Shown: piece by piece, positions 10,960-20,331 of the stretch
How the letters are laid out: every line of letters begins with the position of its first letter
Numbering within the stretch: position 1 is the stretch's first letter
DNA from: an uncultured Candidatus Micrarchaeota archaeon
GTDB lineage: Archaea > Micrarchaeota > Micrarchaeia > Anstonellales > Bilamarchaeaceae
Direction of reading: 5' to 3'
Length of the DNA: 64,000 nucleotides
Assembly (NCBI GenBank): GCA_963714085.1
Contig: OY970229.1
Location: 640,001 to 704,000 of the forward strand
Made by a program: the position numbers and the translations under genes
Notes under the pieces: generated by a model
Told to the model about the DNA's origin: nothing
What the model saw: the letters and a program-made list of their open reading frames with translations, nothing else
Databases searched by the model: none

Positions 10960-11969
10960 TCCACTGGACTTCCTTGCGCCTCCTGGTTCAAAGGAGGATA
11001 GCATCCGGGCATGAAATCAACTTTGTACTCTCTTGATATCAGTATGGAGTCGTAGCTTCTTATGATGTCGCCGAAGTGCTCCCGGAGCTTCTTCATCTCG
11101 CTGTGAAAATACTCGAAATTAGGCACCTCCAGTTCGAGCTCCACGTCCCAGCTTCCGTAGGCGGTGACCATGTTAAGGATGTTCCTGTGCTGTCGGACAT
11201 ACGCCATAAAGGCGTCCAACCTTTTCCGGTTTATGTTCCTGAGGTATATGAACGATTTGCAGAACTCATAGCCATAACGGTTGAGATCCAAGCCTATGCG
11301 GTAGGATAGGATTACCCCTTGTTTTTCCATAGCTTTCATGCGATGGCGTACTACTGCGGGCGTGGTTTTAGCCAGTTTCGCGATGCGGGTGGTCGGGAGA
11401 CGTGCGTTGTTGGCGATTATGCGCAGTATTTCCTTGTCCGTATCGTCCAACTCTGTCTTCTCCGCCCTTCCCCCGACATCCACGCTGACCGGCTTTTCGT
11501 CAACGGGATAGAACCAACGCCGGTTCTGCAGCATGTTGTGCTTAGTCGTGCTGACTTCCTTGGAAAGTATGTAATCGCTGAATTTCCCCATGAAATCCAT
11601 GAGGAACGAGTCATCCAGGTCGACCGGGTCCTCGGCCCAGGCGCCCACTACCATGTCCCACCTCCCGGAGCAGAAGCAGAGCCAGCCGTAGCGGGGCTGA
11701 GCATAGAGGTATTCTATTATCTCCTTCTCTAGTTTCGGGGTCGTGTTCTGGAGCTGGATGTATATCTTGAAGAAGTAATACCCGAATTTCGCGGTGTTGA
11801 TTATGGTGTAGAACTTGGAGATGCGCCCGTTCTCCAGCAGGCGCTTGATCCGATAGTGGGCCGACTCCTTGCTTATGCCCGCTTTTTTCGAGAGCGTGCT
11901 CAGTGGAACCCTTGCGTTCCTGTCGAGCTGGTACAGTATCTTCCGGTCTATCAGGTCCAAATCCTTCAT
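10956..11969 (-). CDS. Tandem (double-domain) Lrp/AsnC transcriptional regulator
   Basis: Two HTH units (LDLIDRKIL...NAR; LDDTDKEIL...NAR), each followed by a RAM domain (GRWD, GSWD). Confidence 0.9.
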   Translation of the reverse strand: MKDLDLIDRKILYQLDRNARVPLSTLSKKAGISKESAHYRIKRLLENGRISKFYTIINTAKFGYYFFKIYIQLQNTTPKLEKEIIEYLYAQPRYGWLCFCSGRWDMVVGAWAEDPVDLDDSFLMDFMGKFSDYILSKEVSTTKHNMLQNRRWFYPVDEKPVSVDVGGRAEKTELDDTDKEILRIIANNARLPTTRIAKLAKTTPAVVRHRMKAMEKQGVILSYRIGLDLNRYGYEFCKSFIYLRNINRKRLDAFMAYVRQHRNILNMVTAYGSWDVELELEVPNFEYFHSEMKKLREHFGDIIRSYDSILISREYKVDFMPGCYPPLNQEAQGSPVE

Positions 11970-12066
11970 AATGTTTAATATAATTAAGTAAATTTATTAA
12001 TATATATAATTTTGTTAAAATAATCAATAATAGTATTTAATAACATCTAAATCCCCTAAATAACAC
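11970..12066. promoter_or_regulatory. Extremely AT-rich divergent promoter region
   Basis: Almost G/C-free 97 nt with several TTAA/TATA tracts between the Lrp gene and the rSAM genes. Confidence 0.65.
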
Positions 12067-13125
12067 ATGAACACCACGAAAAGGGTCCGGTTCAAACCGA
12101 TGGATTTCAGCGAGGCTGACATTTCAGATGTTTCCCGTAAGGGGAGGATGCCAACTATCATGGCTGAGACCATAGCAAGATGCTCCCTGAGATGCATCAA
12201 TTGCTATCGACAGGAAACTGATGGAGGATGGACGCAAAAAGGCCGGCAACTCAGCCTGGAGGAGAGGCTGACCCTCATACGGGATGCAGCCAAACTCGGT
12301 GCCATAACATACCAGATCGTAGGAGCTGGAGAAACACTGGACGACCCGGATTTCCCAAGGCAGCTTGAAGAAGCAAGGAAGTTCGGGATGGAAGTCATGG
12401 TGCCAACCAACGGGATCGGGCTGCAATCCGAACGTACTATGGATACGCTGGATGCATCCGGGGCCTCCGTACTCCTGAAACTGAATAGCTTCAGTGAGGA
12501 TGTTGAAAGACAATTGACCGGGCGAGCAGGTTACGCGGGTATGCGGAACAAGGTGCTGGAGAAACTGCTGGGCAGGAATTCGTTCAACAGGGAGGAGATT
12601 GGCAGGAGCGGAGCGATAACGACGAGGCTGGCGATAAGCTGCATGATAACGCGCCTCAACCAGCACGAACTCCTTGACGTCCTGAAGTTCTGCCGGGAAC
12701 GCAACATCGCCCCTTTCATCAATACTTTCATTCCTATGGGAAAGACGGCAAAGGAAATCGGACTGACTCCGGCACAGAAGGATGTCGAGGGATTGTTCCG
12801 GCAGGCAAAGGAGCAGGATACCCGGATGGGGATCGACGCTGGCAATGGAAGCATCTACCTCGGGGGAACGGAATGCTTCCAGCGGGGGCTGGGACCATAC
12901 GTAAACATCGTAGGGGAAGCGAGGGTCTGCGTAGGGGAGAAGGAAGCGGTGGGTAACATACGGGAAGAGCCTCTTGCAGCGATTTGGACGCGCATCAGGG
13001 AAACGACCGCGGATTACATCAGCCATTGCGGCCGCCGGGAATGCCCGCCCAGGGAAAACGCGCTCAAGGAGAGGGAAACAGAAGGCCAGGGCATGCATTG
13101 CAAAGACCTGGTTGTGCTGCGGTAG
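12067..13125 (+). CDS. Radical SAM protein with SPASM/twitch domain
   Basis: CSLRCINC, GAGE, C...GEARVC, GNIREEPL..IW. Confidence 0.88.
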   Translation: MNTTKRVRFKPMDFSEADISDVSRKGRMPTIMAETIARCSLRCINCYRQETDGGWTQKGRQLSLEERLTLIRDAAKLGAITYQIVGAGETLDDPDFPRQLEEARKFGMEVMVPTNGIGLQSERTMDTLDASGASVLLKLNSFSEDVERQLTGRAGYAGMRNKVLEKLLGRNSFNREEIGRSGAITTRLAISCMITRLNQHELLDVLKFCRERNIAPFINTFIPMGKTAKEIGLTPAQKDVEGLFRQAKEQDTRMGIDAGNGSIYLGGTECFQRGLGPYVNIVGEARVCVGEKEAVGNIREEPLAAIWTRIRETTADYISHCGRRECPPRENALKERETEGQGMHCKDLVVLR

Positions 13126-13152
13126 GAGAAACGCGCTTCACAAGGTCTTTTT

Positions 13153-14613
13153 ATGAATAAAAAGATTTTTCTCATCAACGCAGGAAACGACAGGAAGTAT
13201 GGGAACGTGGTGCATGGCGCCAGTTTCCCTCCATTGGGCGTTGTCTCACTGGCGACGTATATCGGGAAAATGGCACCCAGATGGAACGTAAGGATATTGG
13301 ACGGGGTAGTCACGGATGAAAAAGGGATCTCGGAAGAATTGCGCAAAGAAAAACCAGGCGTGGTCGGAATCAGCGTCCTGTCCACTTCCTATCAAACTGC
13401 GCTGAGACTGGCAAGAACCGCGAAGGAGTTCGATGCTGTCACCATACTCGGCAACGACCAGGCTGCAAGCACGGGCCGGAACATACTGGCCGCCAGGCAG
13501 CAGATCGACTATATCTGCACCGCGGATGTCGGGGAAATGCCGCTGGTCCAATTTTTGGAATACCTTGAAGGGAAACGGAGGATAGCCGATGTCGCCAAGC
13601 TCATGTATCGGGCCGATGACGGGGCTATAATGCATAATTCCAATTTGCCGGAATTGAACCCTGGAAGGTTTGTTCTCGATCAAATACCGATTCCCGACAG
13701 GTCGTTACTGCCCGAGACGGTCAGATCCATTTACCAGAAAAACTACGCCGCAGCTTATCCTGATGAAGGCGTCACCGGAACAGCGACTATCGACCGGATC
13801 AGAGGCTGCGCAAGGGCAAATGCCAGGTGCGTGTATTGCGGGATAGCGGACCTTGCGATACGGAGTTCCAGCCCAGAAGTGTTCTGGGATGATGTCCGGA
13901 ACGCGAGGGAAACCGGAGCAGAAAGGCTCATGGAAGCGAGCGATAGCTTTTCCGCCATGCCGGGGTACCTCGAGCAGCTTGCGGACGCGAAGCCCGAAGA
14001 CCTGGATTTTCGCGCTTTTGTCTACACATCTGCCAGGGAGGTGAACCAAAGGCTGGTAGAGGCGTACAAGCGGCTGGGTATTTTTAGGGCGAACGTGGGC
14101 CTCGACAGCGGGGATGTGAACATGCTCAAAAGGTTGAAGGGACCTCGTGATTCCGTCGAACAGAATAAAGAGTCGGCCATGCTTCTCGCAGAAGCAGGCA
14201 TAAGGATTTACGCTTCTTTCGTCATCGGCGGACCGGGTGAGACCATGGAGAGCCTGGAGAACACGGGACGATTCATCAGATGGCTCATCGATGGAAATTT
14301 AGCGGATGGCGTAGAGGTGCAACCCCTTTTCCCGGGATTGAACACCAAAGCCGGAAGACTATTGACTAGTCCTGCGCTTGCCGCCAGGTATGCAGAATTG
14401 GAGGGATTCGAATTAAGGGATGTTGATCTGCTTCATCACATGCCAAAAAAATGGCTCGGCCATGAGAATCCAGACCCGGAAGAGATATCCAGGGACTGGA
14501 CGGCTATTTTTTCCGAAGTCCCCTATGACGACCTGCTCCATTTCAGCGATTCCGTTCAGAGCCATTCACAGGAAAAAGGAGTGCCAGCGGGTAGTTCCTG
14601 GACCGCAAGATAG
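13153..14613 (+). CDS. Cobalamin-binding-domain radical SAM protein
   Basis: PPLG..SLA, VVGIS B12-binding N-domain; RGCARANARCVYC; GLDSG, GGPGET. Confidence 0.87.
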   Translation: MNKKIFLINAGNDRKYGNVVHGASFPPLGVVSLATYIGKMAPRWNVRILDGVVTDEKGISEELRKEKPGVVGISVLSTSYQTALRLARTAKEFDAVTILGNDQAASTGRNILAARQQIDYICTADVGEMPLVQFLEYLEGKRRIADVAKLMYRADDGAIMHNSNLPELNPGRFVLDQIPIPDRSLLPETVRSIYQKNYAAAYPDEGVTGTATIDRIRGCARANARCVYCGIADLAIRSSSPEVFWDDVRNARETGAERLMEASDSFSAMPGYLEQLADAKPEDLDFRAFVYTSAREVNQRLVEAYKRLGIFRANVGLDSGDVNMLKRLKGPRDSVEQNKESAMLLAEAGIRIYASFVIGGPGETMESLENTGRFIRWLIDGNLADGVEVQPLFPGLNTKAGRLLTSPALAARYAELEGFELRDVDLLHHMPKKWLGHENPDPEEISRDWTAIFSEVPYDDLLHFSDSVQSHSQEKGVPAGSSWTAR

Positions 14614-14628
14614 GGGCAGAACAGGGCT

Positions 14629-15783
14629 TCATTTCCTAATTATGACTACGCTCTCGCGCGTCCTCACTTTCTGCGGCTTCACGTCCGCGATGCGCTCCGC
14701 GCCCACGACTATCTCGACATCCGAAAATCCTATGCGCAGCGCCATCTCTGCGAATATCTCGTCCACGAGCACGTGGGTGTCGTGGATGACAGAGTTGGAG
14801 ACGTTCACATAGGCTGCTCCGCCCGGGACGAGCACACGGTGCATCTCCTTGATCGCGCCTTCCATGTCCGCGAAATAAGTCCCGATTATCGGAATCCTTT
14901 CCCCTATCTCCCCGACTTCCACAGGCATCTCCTGAACCCGCATCTTCCTGCCTATGAACGAGCGCACGCTACGCATGCGGACCTCTTCGGCAGCGGCCTT
15001 GGACATTGCAAAAAGGCTGAGCTCCATGCCATAGATTTTGGAGTAATCGATATTGTTGAGGTAAGGCGGCGACGTGACAATGATGTCCTCGCTCGCGTCC
15101 GGAAGCCCCATGGACCGCGCATCTCCCAGGAAGACTTCCGGCTCTGGCGCAGCCTGATTAGCGCTCGCTTCCAGGTCCGCGAGCATCCGCTTGACCTTCC
15201 TACGGAAAGCGTCCTTAACCGGCATTGCGCTCTTGTCCTTGCTGATCTTGAGCACGCCTCCGTCCTTGATGATGAGGCTGGCTTGAGGCAGAGTGGAGAG
15301 CAGGGCGAGCAGGAGCAGGCTCCTCGGCCCCGGCTCCAGGTACTCGATGCGTTCGCGGAGGAAGAGTATGTCATTGAGATTACGCTTGGGGAACGCTTTC
15401 GAGGGGTCGAAAAGCTCGAATTCCCACTGCAACGGGGCTGGGGGCCTGCTCTCAGCGAAGATGCTGGCGCTGAACTCCTTCGCTATCTCTATATCACGGG
15501 ACGAATAGTTCCGGGTCTTCGTCTTCGAGACGAACGCCGCCAGGTCAGACGCATCTACACCTGTCGCGAAAATCCCTTCCTCCTTAGCCTCGAGAAGGCT
15601 TGTTCCAACGCCGCAGAACGGGTCGAGCAGGCGCTCCGGGGACGTCCTCTCATTGTTGATAGCCCACTTGACCAGCTCTGGCGAGAAGCCCTCCTTGTAC
15701 CAGAACCAGCAGTGGAACGGAAGCTCCTTGCTCTGGTCGAAGGTCATGTAGGGGCCGAGGGAGAAATCGTTCGTGATTTTCAT
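14629..15783 (-). CDS. Orphan amino-DNA methyltransferase (probably N4-cytosine)
   Basis: H.WF.YKEGFS, DPFCGVGT (motif I) precedes TSPPYLN (motif IV). Confidence 0.85.
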   Translation of the reverse strand: MKITNDFSLGPYMTFDQSKELPFHCWFWYKEGFSPELVKWAINNERTSPERLLDPFCGVGTSLLEAKEEGIFATGVDASDLAAFVSKTKTRNYSSRDIEIAKEFSASIFAESRPPAPLQWEFELFDPSKAFPKRNLNDILFLRERIEYLEPGPRSLLLLALLSTLPQASLIIKDGGVLKISKDKSAMPVKDAFRRKVKRMLADLEASANQAAPEPEVFLGDARSMGLPDASEDIIVTSPPYLNNIDYSKIYGMELSLFAMSKAAAEEVRMRSVRSFIGRKMRVQEMPVEVGEIGERIPIIGTYFADMEGAIKEMHRVLVPGGAAYVNVSNSVIHDTHVLVDEIFAEMALRIGFSDVEIVVGAERIADVKPQKVRTRESVVIIRK

Positions 15784-15789
15784 CGGAAT

Positions 15790-16221
15790 CTACACCAGCT
15801 TCTGCTGCCCTGTCCTCTTTTTATGCGCCTTACCCTCTTCAGCCGCGGCTTTCGAAAGCGCGTCAGCATCCTGATTCTGCTCCCTTGGGATGTGCTCGAA
15901 TTTCACCGCCATGCCGGTGCGGAGATCGTCCACCCTGAGCTTGAGCTCCTTGAGCTTCGCGTCCTTCACCTTGTATTGCCCGTTGAGCTGCCGCACGATG
16001 AGCTGGCTGTCGGACTTGATATGGACGCCGTTCTCGCCTTCATGCTTCGCGTATTCCAGGCCGCGGATGACGGCGCTGTACTCGGCTATGTTGTTCGTCC
16101 CTTCCCCGATATATTCGCTTATCTCCTTCACTTTTTTACCGTGACGGAGCACTACGACGCCTATGCCCATGGGCCCGGGGTTGCCCAGCGAAGCCCCGTC
16201 TGTGAAGATGGTGAGCGCCAT
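15790..16221 (-). CDS. rnhA: Ribonuclease HI
   Basis: FTDGASLGNPG, TNNIAEY, SDSQL, REQN..AD. Confidence 0.93.
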   Translation of the reverse strand: MALTIFTDGASLGNPGPMGIGVVVLRHGKKVKEISEYIGEGTNNIAEYSAVIRGLEYAKHEGENGVHIKSDSQLIVRQLNGQYKVKDAKLKELKLRVDDLRTGMAVKFEHIPREQNQDADALSKAAAEEGKAHKKRTGQQKLV

Positions 16222-16273
16222 GGAGAGCTTCGGCGGGGTTCGTTTTTAAAATGCTTTGTGGCGGTAGAATAGC

Positions 16274-16708
16274 ATGGTCAAGGTCATCCATCCTACGCCC
16301 GTGGTCAAGGTGGCGAAGGCCATCCTGCTCGCGGTCCTGCTTACGATCGTTCTCTACGCCATGAGGGATTACGTACAGGGCATCTTCGTACAGGTGCTGG
16401 CGATAATCTGGGGGCTGGCGATCCTTGCGTGCCTGGCCGCCTTCGTCTCCGTCATGTTCACCACGTTGGAGATAGGGGACGACGACCTGGTCTTCAAAAA
16501 GGGCCTGCTGGCCGTGAAGACCGTGCTGGTCCCGTACGACAAGGTGACGAACACGCGCTACAACCAGTCCCTCGTCGACAGGCTCTTCGGCGTCGGCAGG
16601 CTGGATGTGGAGACCGCCGGCCAGTTGGCCTTCATGATACCCTCGGTCCGCTACGATGACGTGAAGGGGATAATGCAGAGCGTGACCGGAAGCGGGGCGA
16701 AGAAATGA
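16274..16708 (+). CDS. Membrane protein with bacterial-type PH domain (bPH_2/YdbS-like)
   Basis: 2 TM, then KKGLL...VPYDKV...QSLVDRLFGVG.L.VETAG. Confidence 0.8.
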   Translation: MVKVIHPTPVVKVAKAILLAVLLTIVLYAMRDYVQGIFVQVLAIIWGLAILACLAAFVSVMFTTLEIGDDDLVFKKGLLAVKTVLVPYDKVTNTRYNQSLVDRLFGVGRLDVETAGQLAFMIPSVRYDDVKGIMQSVTGSGAKK

Positions 16709-17205
16709 AAGAAACCAAGGAGGCCGAACTCACGGACAGGTTCGTGGTCATAAAGGACAAGCCGCTCATGCTCTTATTGCGGAACATAGGCGCTGCGGTG
16801 GAGGAGGGGAAGGAAGCGAAGGTTCCTCTCATCGAGGCGGCGTATTTCGCGGAAAAGGGGAAGCTGCCGTTCACAAAAGACGAAATCCTCTCCCGTGCGT
16901 CCGAAAACGACCCGCTCGCGAAGGAGAAGTACCTGGTCATCGAGCACCTAAGGAGCAGGGGTTATATCACCCGCGTCTCGCTCGACACGGACGAGTTTTT
17001 GCGTTTGCACAGGAAGGGCTTCAGGCCTGGCGAGGACAGGACTTATTACCTGGTGAAGGTCGTGGCCGACTCGTGGGTGCCCAAGCCAGGGGAATTGGAC
17101 GAGGCCCTGGATTTCGCCGGCAAGCTGCGGAAGGAGCTGGTGATCGCAGTAGTCAGACCGAACGGGCTCAGGTTCATCAAGCTGGGAAGGGCTAATTTCG
17201 AATAG
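16705..17205 (+). CDS. endA: tRNA splicing endonuclease subunit, probably the non-catalytic type
   Basis: LIEAAYF, Y.VIEHLRSRGY, RKELVIAVV; catalytic Tyr/His not evident. Confidence 0.75.
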   Translation: MKETKEAELTDRFVVIKDKPLMLLLRNIGAAVEEGKEAKVPLIEAAYFAEKGKLPFTKDEILSRASENDPLAKEKYLVIEHLRSRGYITRVSLDTDEFLRLHRKGFRPGEDRTYYLVKVVADSWVPKPGELDEALDFAGKLRKELVIAVVRPNGLRFIKLGRANFE

Positions 17206-17206
17206 C

Positions 17207-17845
17207 TCAGAATATCTCTATCCTGGATTTCTCTGATATGTCCCTTCTCACGAAAAGGTAGGTCAGCAGCAGCGTGATGAACATGAACAACAGCGGGCTG
17301 ATGGGGAAGAACAGCAGCGCCGCGATGTAGAACAGCGCGTTTATGGTGCTGGAGAAGTCGTCATAGGTGTTGTCCATCAGGCGGCCAAGGTACTCCTCCT
17401 TGCTCATCTTCTCGTGCTTCTCTATGAGCTTCCCGTCCACCGAGAATATCAGCGGTATGTAGGTGCTGGTGCGTATCTCCATGAGCAGGTGGAAGAACGC
17501 GAATATCATGACCACCAGGATGAGCCCCAGATGCAGCAGGGAGATTGCCGTTGCGGCTGAGCCGATGGCACTGAGCACGAAGCCGGCCGCGACCACGAGG
17601 CCGCCGAGCATCGCGGTCAGTATGGTGAGGTTGTTCCTGAACAGGTCCGCCACCGGGGAGACGTTGCCTGCCTTGAGGACCGCGGCCGCCCAGCTGCGCC
17701 TGTACTCCGAGCGGACCTCGCGCGCGGTGTTGCCGCGCTTGAACGACCTGCCGCTGGTGATGATGCTTATGATGAAGCACAATGCGAAGATTGCCAGCGA
17801 CACGATCTCGGTGAAGTTCGATGAATCCCCGAACGTGAAGTCCAT
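17207..17845 (-). CDS. DUF599-like membrane protein
   Basis: 4 TM segments, R..W and FRNN motifs; start trimmed to ATG 17845. Confidence 0.6.
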   Translation of the reverse strand: MDFTFGDSSNFTEIVSLAIFALCFIISIITSGRSFKRGNTAREVRSEYRRSWAAAVLKAGNVSPVADLFRNNLTILTAMLGGLVVAAGFVLSAIGSAATAISLLHLGLILVVMIFAFFHLLMEIRTSTYIPLIFSVDGKLIEKHEKMSKEEYLGRLMDNTYDDFSSTINALFYIAALLFFPISPLLFMFITLLLTYLFVRRDISEKSRIEIF

Positions 17846-17905
17846 GGATTGCAATGGTACGAGAAAGCTTATTAAGTTGCGACGTGTATCGGTTTGGGAG
17901 AAGAC

Positions 17906-19417
17906 ATGGACAAGCAGCTCGGTACGATAGTGGCGCTCGAGGGCTCGCCCTCGACGTCCGATTTCTCGTTCGTGATAAACAGCGGGGCTGACGTCAAGAA
18001 AGGCCAATACGTCCAGGTGGAGAGCGGCAAGGAGCTGGTCTTCGGCTTCGTGGCCGAGATTGTGCGCGCTAACCGGTATTTCGAGCAGGTGGAATCCGTG
18101 GCCGAGTACGAGAAGTCCGGCAGGATAGCCGATTCCTTCCCTTCGGATGGCTGGGAGTACGTGCTCGCCCAGGTCAGGATACTGGGCAACCGCCAGAACG
18201 GGAAGTTCGTGAGGACCTTCACGCCGCCGTGCCCGGGCGCGGCGGTCTCGAATGCCGATGACGACGTCCTCAGGGAGTTCCTGGGCTTCGACGGGAACGG
18301 ACTGCACATGGGCGAGATACAGCACCACGACGTCGCGGCGAAGCTGAGCATGACTAGGCTGCTGCAGAAGCACCTGGCCATACTCGCCATGAGCGGAGCC
18401 GGGAAGAGCCATCTCGCGAGCGTGCTCCTCGAGGAGCTGCTCGAACGCAAGAAGGAGCAGGGGAGGATTGCGGTCATCGTCGTGGACATACACGGGGAGT
18501 ACAACGGCTTCGCGCATGATGAAAGATACGGCCATCTGACGAAGGTAGTCGAGGGGAGCGACATCGCGGTCCCGTTCAGGAAGGTCCCTCCGGAATTCGT
18601 GGAGGAATGGCTGCCGAATCTTTCGGGTCCGCAGCGCGAGCTGCTGCGCCATGCCATGCACGAGTTGCGCAAAAGCAAGGGAAAGGACGGGTACTCGCTA
18701 AAGGATCTATTAGCCGGAGTGAACGCGGCGGCTGTCGCGAAGGAGGACACGAAGAAGACCCTCGCCCGGGCGCTCAACGAGCTGCGCAGGTACAGGTTCC
18801 TCTCCCAGGGCAAGGAGAACCCGAAGCTGATTTCGGACATCCAGCCCGGAAAGCTGCTGATCCTGGATTTCAGCAGCATCGACTCGCTGCGCAAGAAGCA
18901 GATACTCGTGGCGCTGCTCGCAAGAAGATTGTTCAACCTGCGCAAGAAGGGCAGGATACCGCCGTTCCTCCTGCTCATCGAGGAGGCGCACAACTTCGCC
19001 CGTGAGAAGGCCGAGGCGCACGAGGCGATATCCAGGAGCGTCATAGAGACCATAGCCAGGGAAGGCAGGAAATTCGGCGCATCTTTATGCCTCATATCGC
19101 AGAGGCCGGTGAACCTCAGCACCACCGCGCTTTCACAATGCAACACGCACATCATATTACGTATCACGAACCCGAATGACCTGGACCACATACAGATGTC
19201 CAGCGAAGGCATAGACTCGCGGGTTGCGAAAAGCATCACCGGCCTCAAAGTCGGTGAGGCCATAATCGTGGGCGAGGCGGTCAACTATCCGGTGTTCGTC
19301 AGCATCCGCAACCGCAAGTCGCTCAAGCGCGAGAGGGGCGCGCCATTGCAGCAGCAGGCGCTGGACTACGAAATGGCCAAGGAAGATAAGGGGAAGCAGG
19401 TCGAGGCGTTCCTTTAG
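17906..19417 (+). CDS. herA: HerA/FtsK-superfamily ATPase (HAS barrel + DUF87)
   Basis: HLAILAMSGAGKS, DIHGEY, LIEEAH, REGRKFG, SQRP. Confidence 0.88.
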   Translation: MDKQLGTIVALEGSPSTSDFSFVINSGADVKKGQYVQVESGKELVFGFVAEIVRANRYFEQVESVAEYEKSGRIADSFPSDGWEYVLAQVRILGNRQNGKFVRTFTPPCPGAAVSNADDDVLREFLGFDGNGLHMGEIQHHDVAAKLSMTRLLQKHLAILAMSGAGKSHLASVLLEELLERKKEQGRIAVIVVDIHGEYNGFAHDERYGHLTKVVEGSDIAVPFRKVPPEFVEEWLPNLSGPQRELLRHAMHELRKSKGKDGYSLKDLLAGVNAAAVAKEDTKKTLARALNELRRYRFLSQGKENPKLISDIQPGKLLILDFSSIDSLRKKQILVALLARRLFNLRKKGRIPPFLLLIEEAHNFAREKAEAHEAISRSVIETIAREGRKFGASLCLISQRPVNLSTTALSQCNTHIILRITNPNDLDHIQMSSEGIDSRVAKSITGLKVGEAIIVGEAVNYPVFVSIRNRKSLKRERGAPLQQQALDYEMAKEDKGKQVEAFL

Positions 19418-19471
19418 CCACATCGCGCGCAAACCGCCAACTTTATAATTCTTGAGAGTAAAAACAGGAAC

Positions 19472-20299
19472 ATGCGACCGAGTACCCTGTTGATAGCGAT
19501 TTTTGCGTTGGCAGCATTAGCCTCCGCGGTTCCGGTGCAGATGACATCCCCGTTCGAGCAGACCATCAACACCGGGGACACGGTCTTCATCGGGACAATA
19601 GGCCCTGGCCAGACGCTGGCTGTGGAGATAAACCCCATCGTGACCACAGGGGGGATCTACGGCGCAGGAGGCCAGTACGACATCGCACAGGTCTCCAACC
19701 TGCCGCCTGGCTGGAATGCGCAGCAGAGCAAGCTGTACCAGAACCCGCTCCAGGTCAAGATAACCGCCGACAAGGCAGCGCCCCCGGGCCAATACAACGT
19801 GGACATCACGGTGATCAACGAGAACAACGGCGAGGAGCTCGGTAACGTCACGTTCACGGCGAGGATAAACGTAACCTGGGACGTGCTGGGCATGAGCGTC
19901 TCCCCGACGCAGGCCATCGCCGGGCCGGGCCAGCCGGCCCAGTTCGGGATAACGATTATGAACAAGGGCTCTGCGAGCGACACCTATATCGTGAACGCGA
20001 GCGGGGTGGACCAGTGGGATTTCGTCAAGCAGGTCTATGTGCCGGCGCAGAGCTCGATAACGGTCCCCTACGAGATAGCCGGCAATGAGGAGGAGACTTA
20101 CAACCCGAGCATAAGCGTGGTCTCGGTGTCGAGCGGCATAATACAGCAGGAGCAGAATGTCACGCTCACCGTGAGATCAGGCCTCATCGGGGACTATCGG
20201 GCGACCAGCGACGGCACGCTGCTTTTCCCGATCTTCGAGGCGCCTATATACGCCCTGGCAGGCCTTATCGGAGCTGCCGCTAAGCTGTTCGGATTATAA
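19472..20299 (+). CDS. Secreted, C-terminally anchored Ig-like beta-sandwich protein
   Basis: Signal peptide, LPPGW and APPGQY (NEW3/CARDB-like), C-terminal hydrophobic segment. Confidence 0.7.
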   Translation: MRPSTLLIAIFALAALASAVPVQMTSPFEQTINTGDTVFIGTIGPGQTLAVEINPIVTTGGIYGAGGQYDIAQVSNLPPGWNAQQSKLYQNPLQVKITADKAAPPGQYNVDITVINENNGEELGNVTFTARINVTWDVLGMSVSPTQAIAGPGQPAQFGITIMNKGSASDTYIVNASGVDQWDFVKQVYVPAQSSITVPYEIAGNEEETYNPSISVVSVSSGIIQQEQNVTLTVRSGLIGDYRATSDGTLLFPIFEAPIYALAGLIGAAAKLFGL

Positions 20300-20331
20300 A
20301 ACTGACGACGGAAAGATAATCCTGATTCTGC

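Noticed and set aside
17846..18661. N-terminal 272 aa of ORF 17207-18661
   Set aside because: Antisense to herA; the real gene probably starts at 17845.
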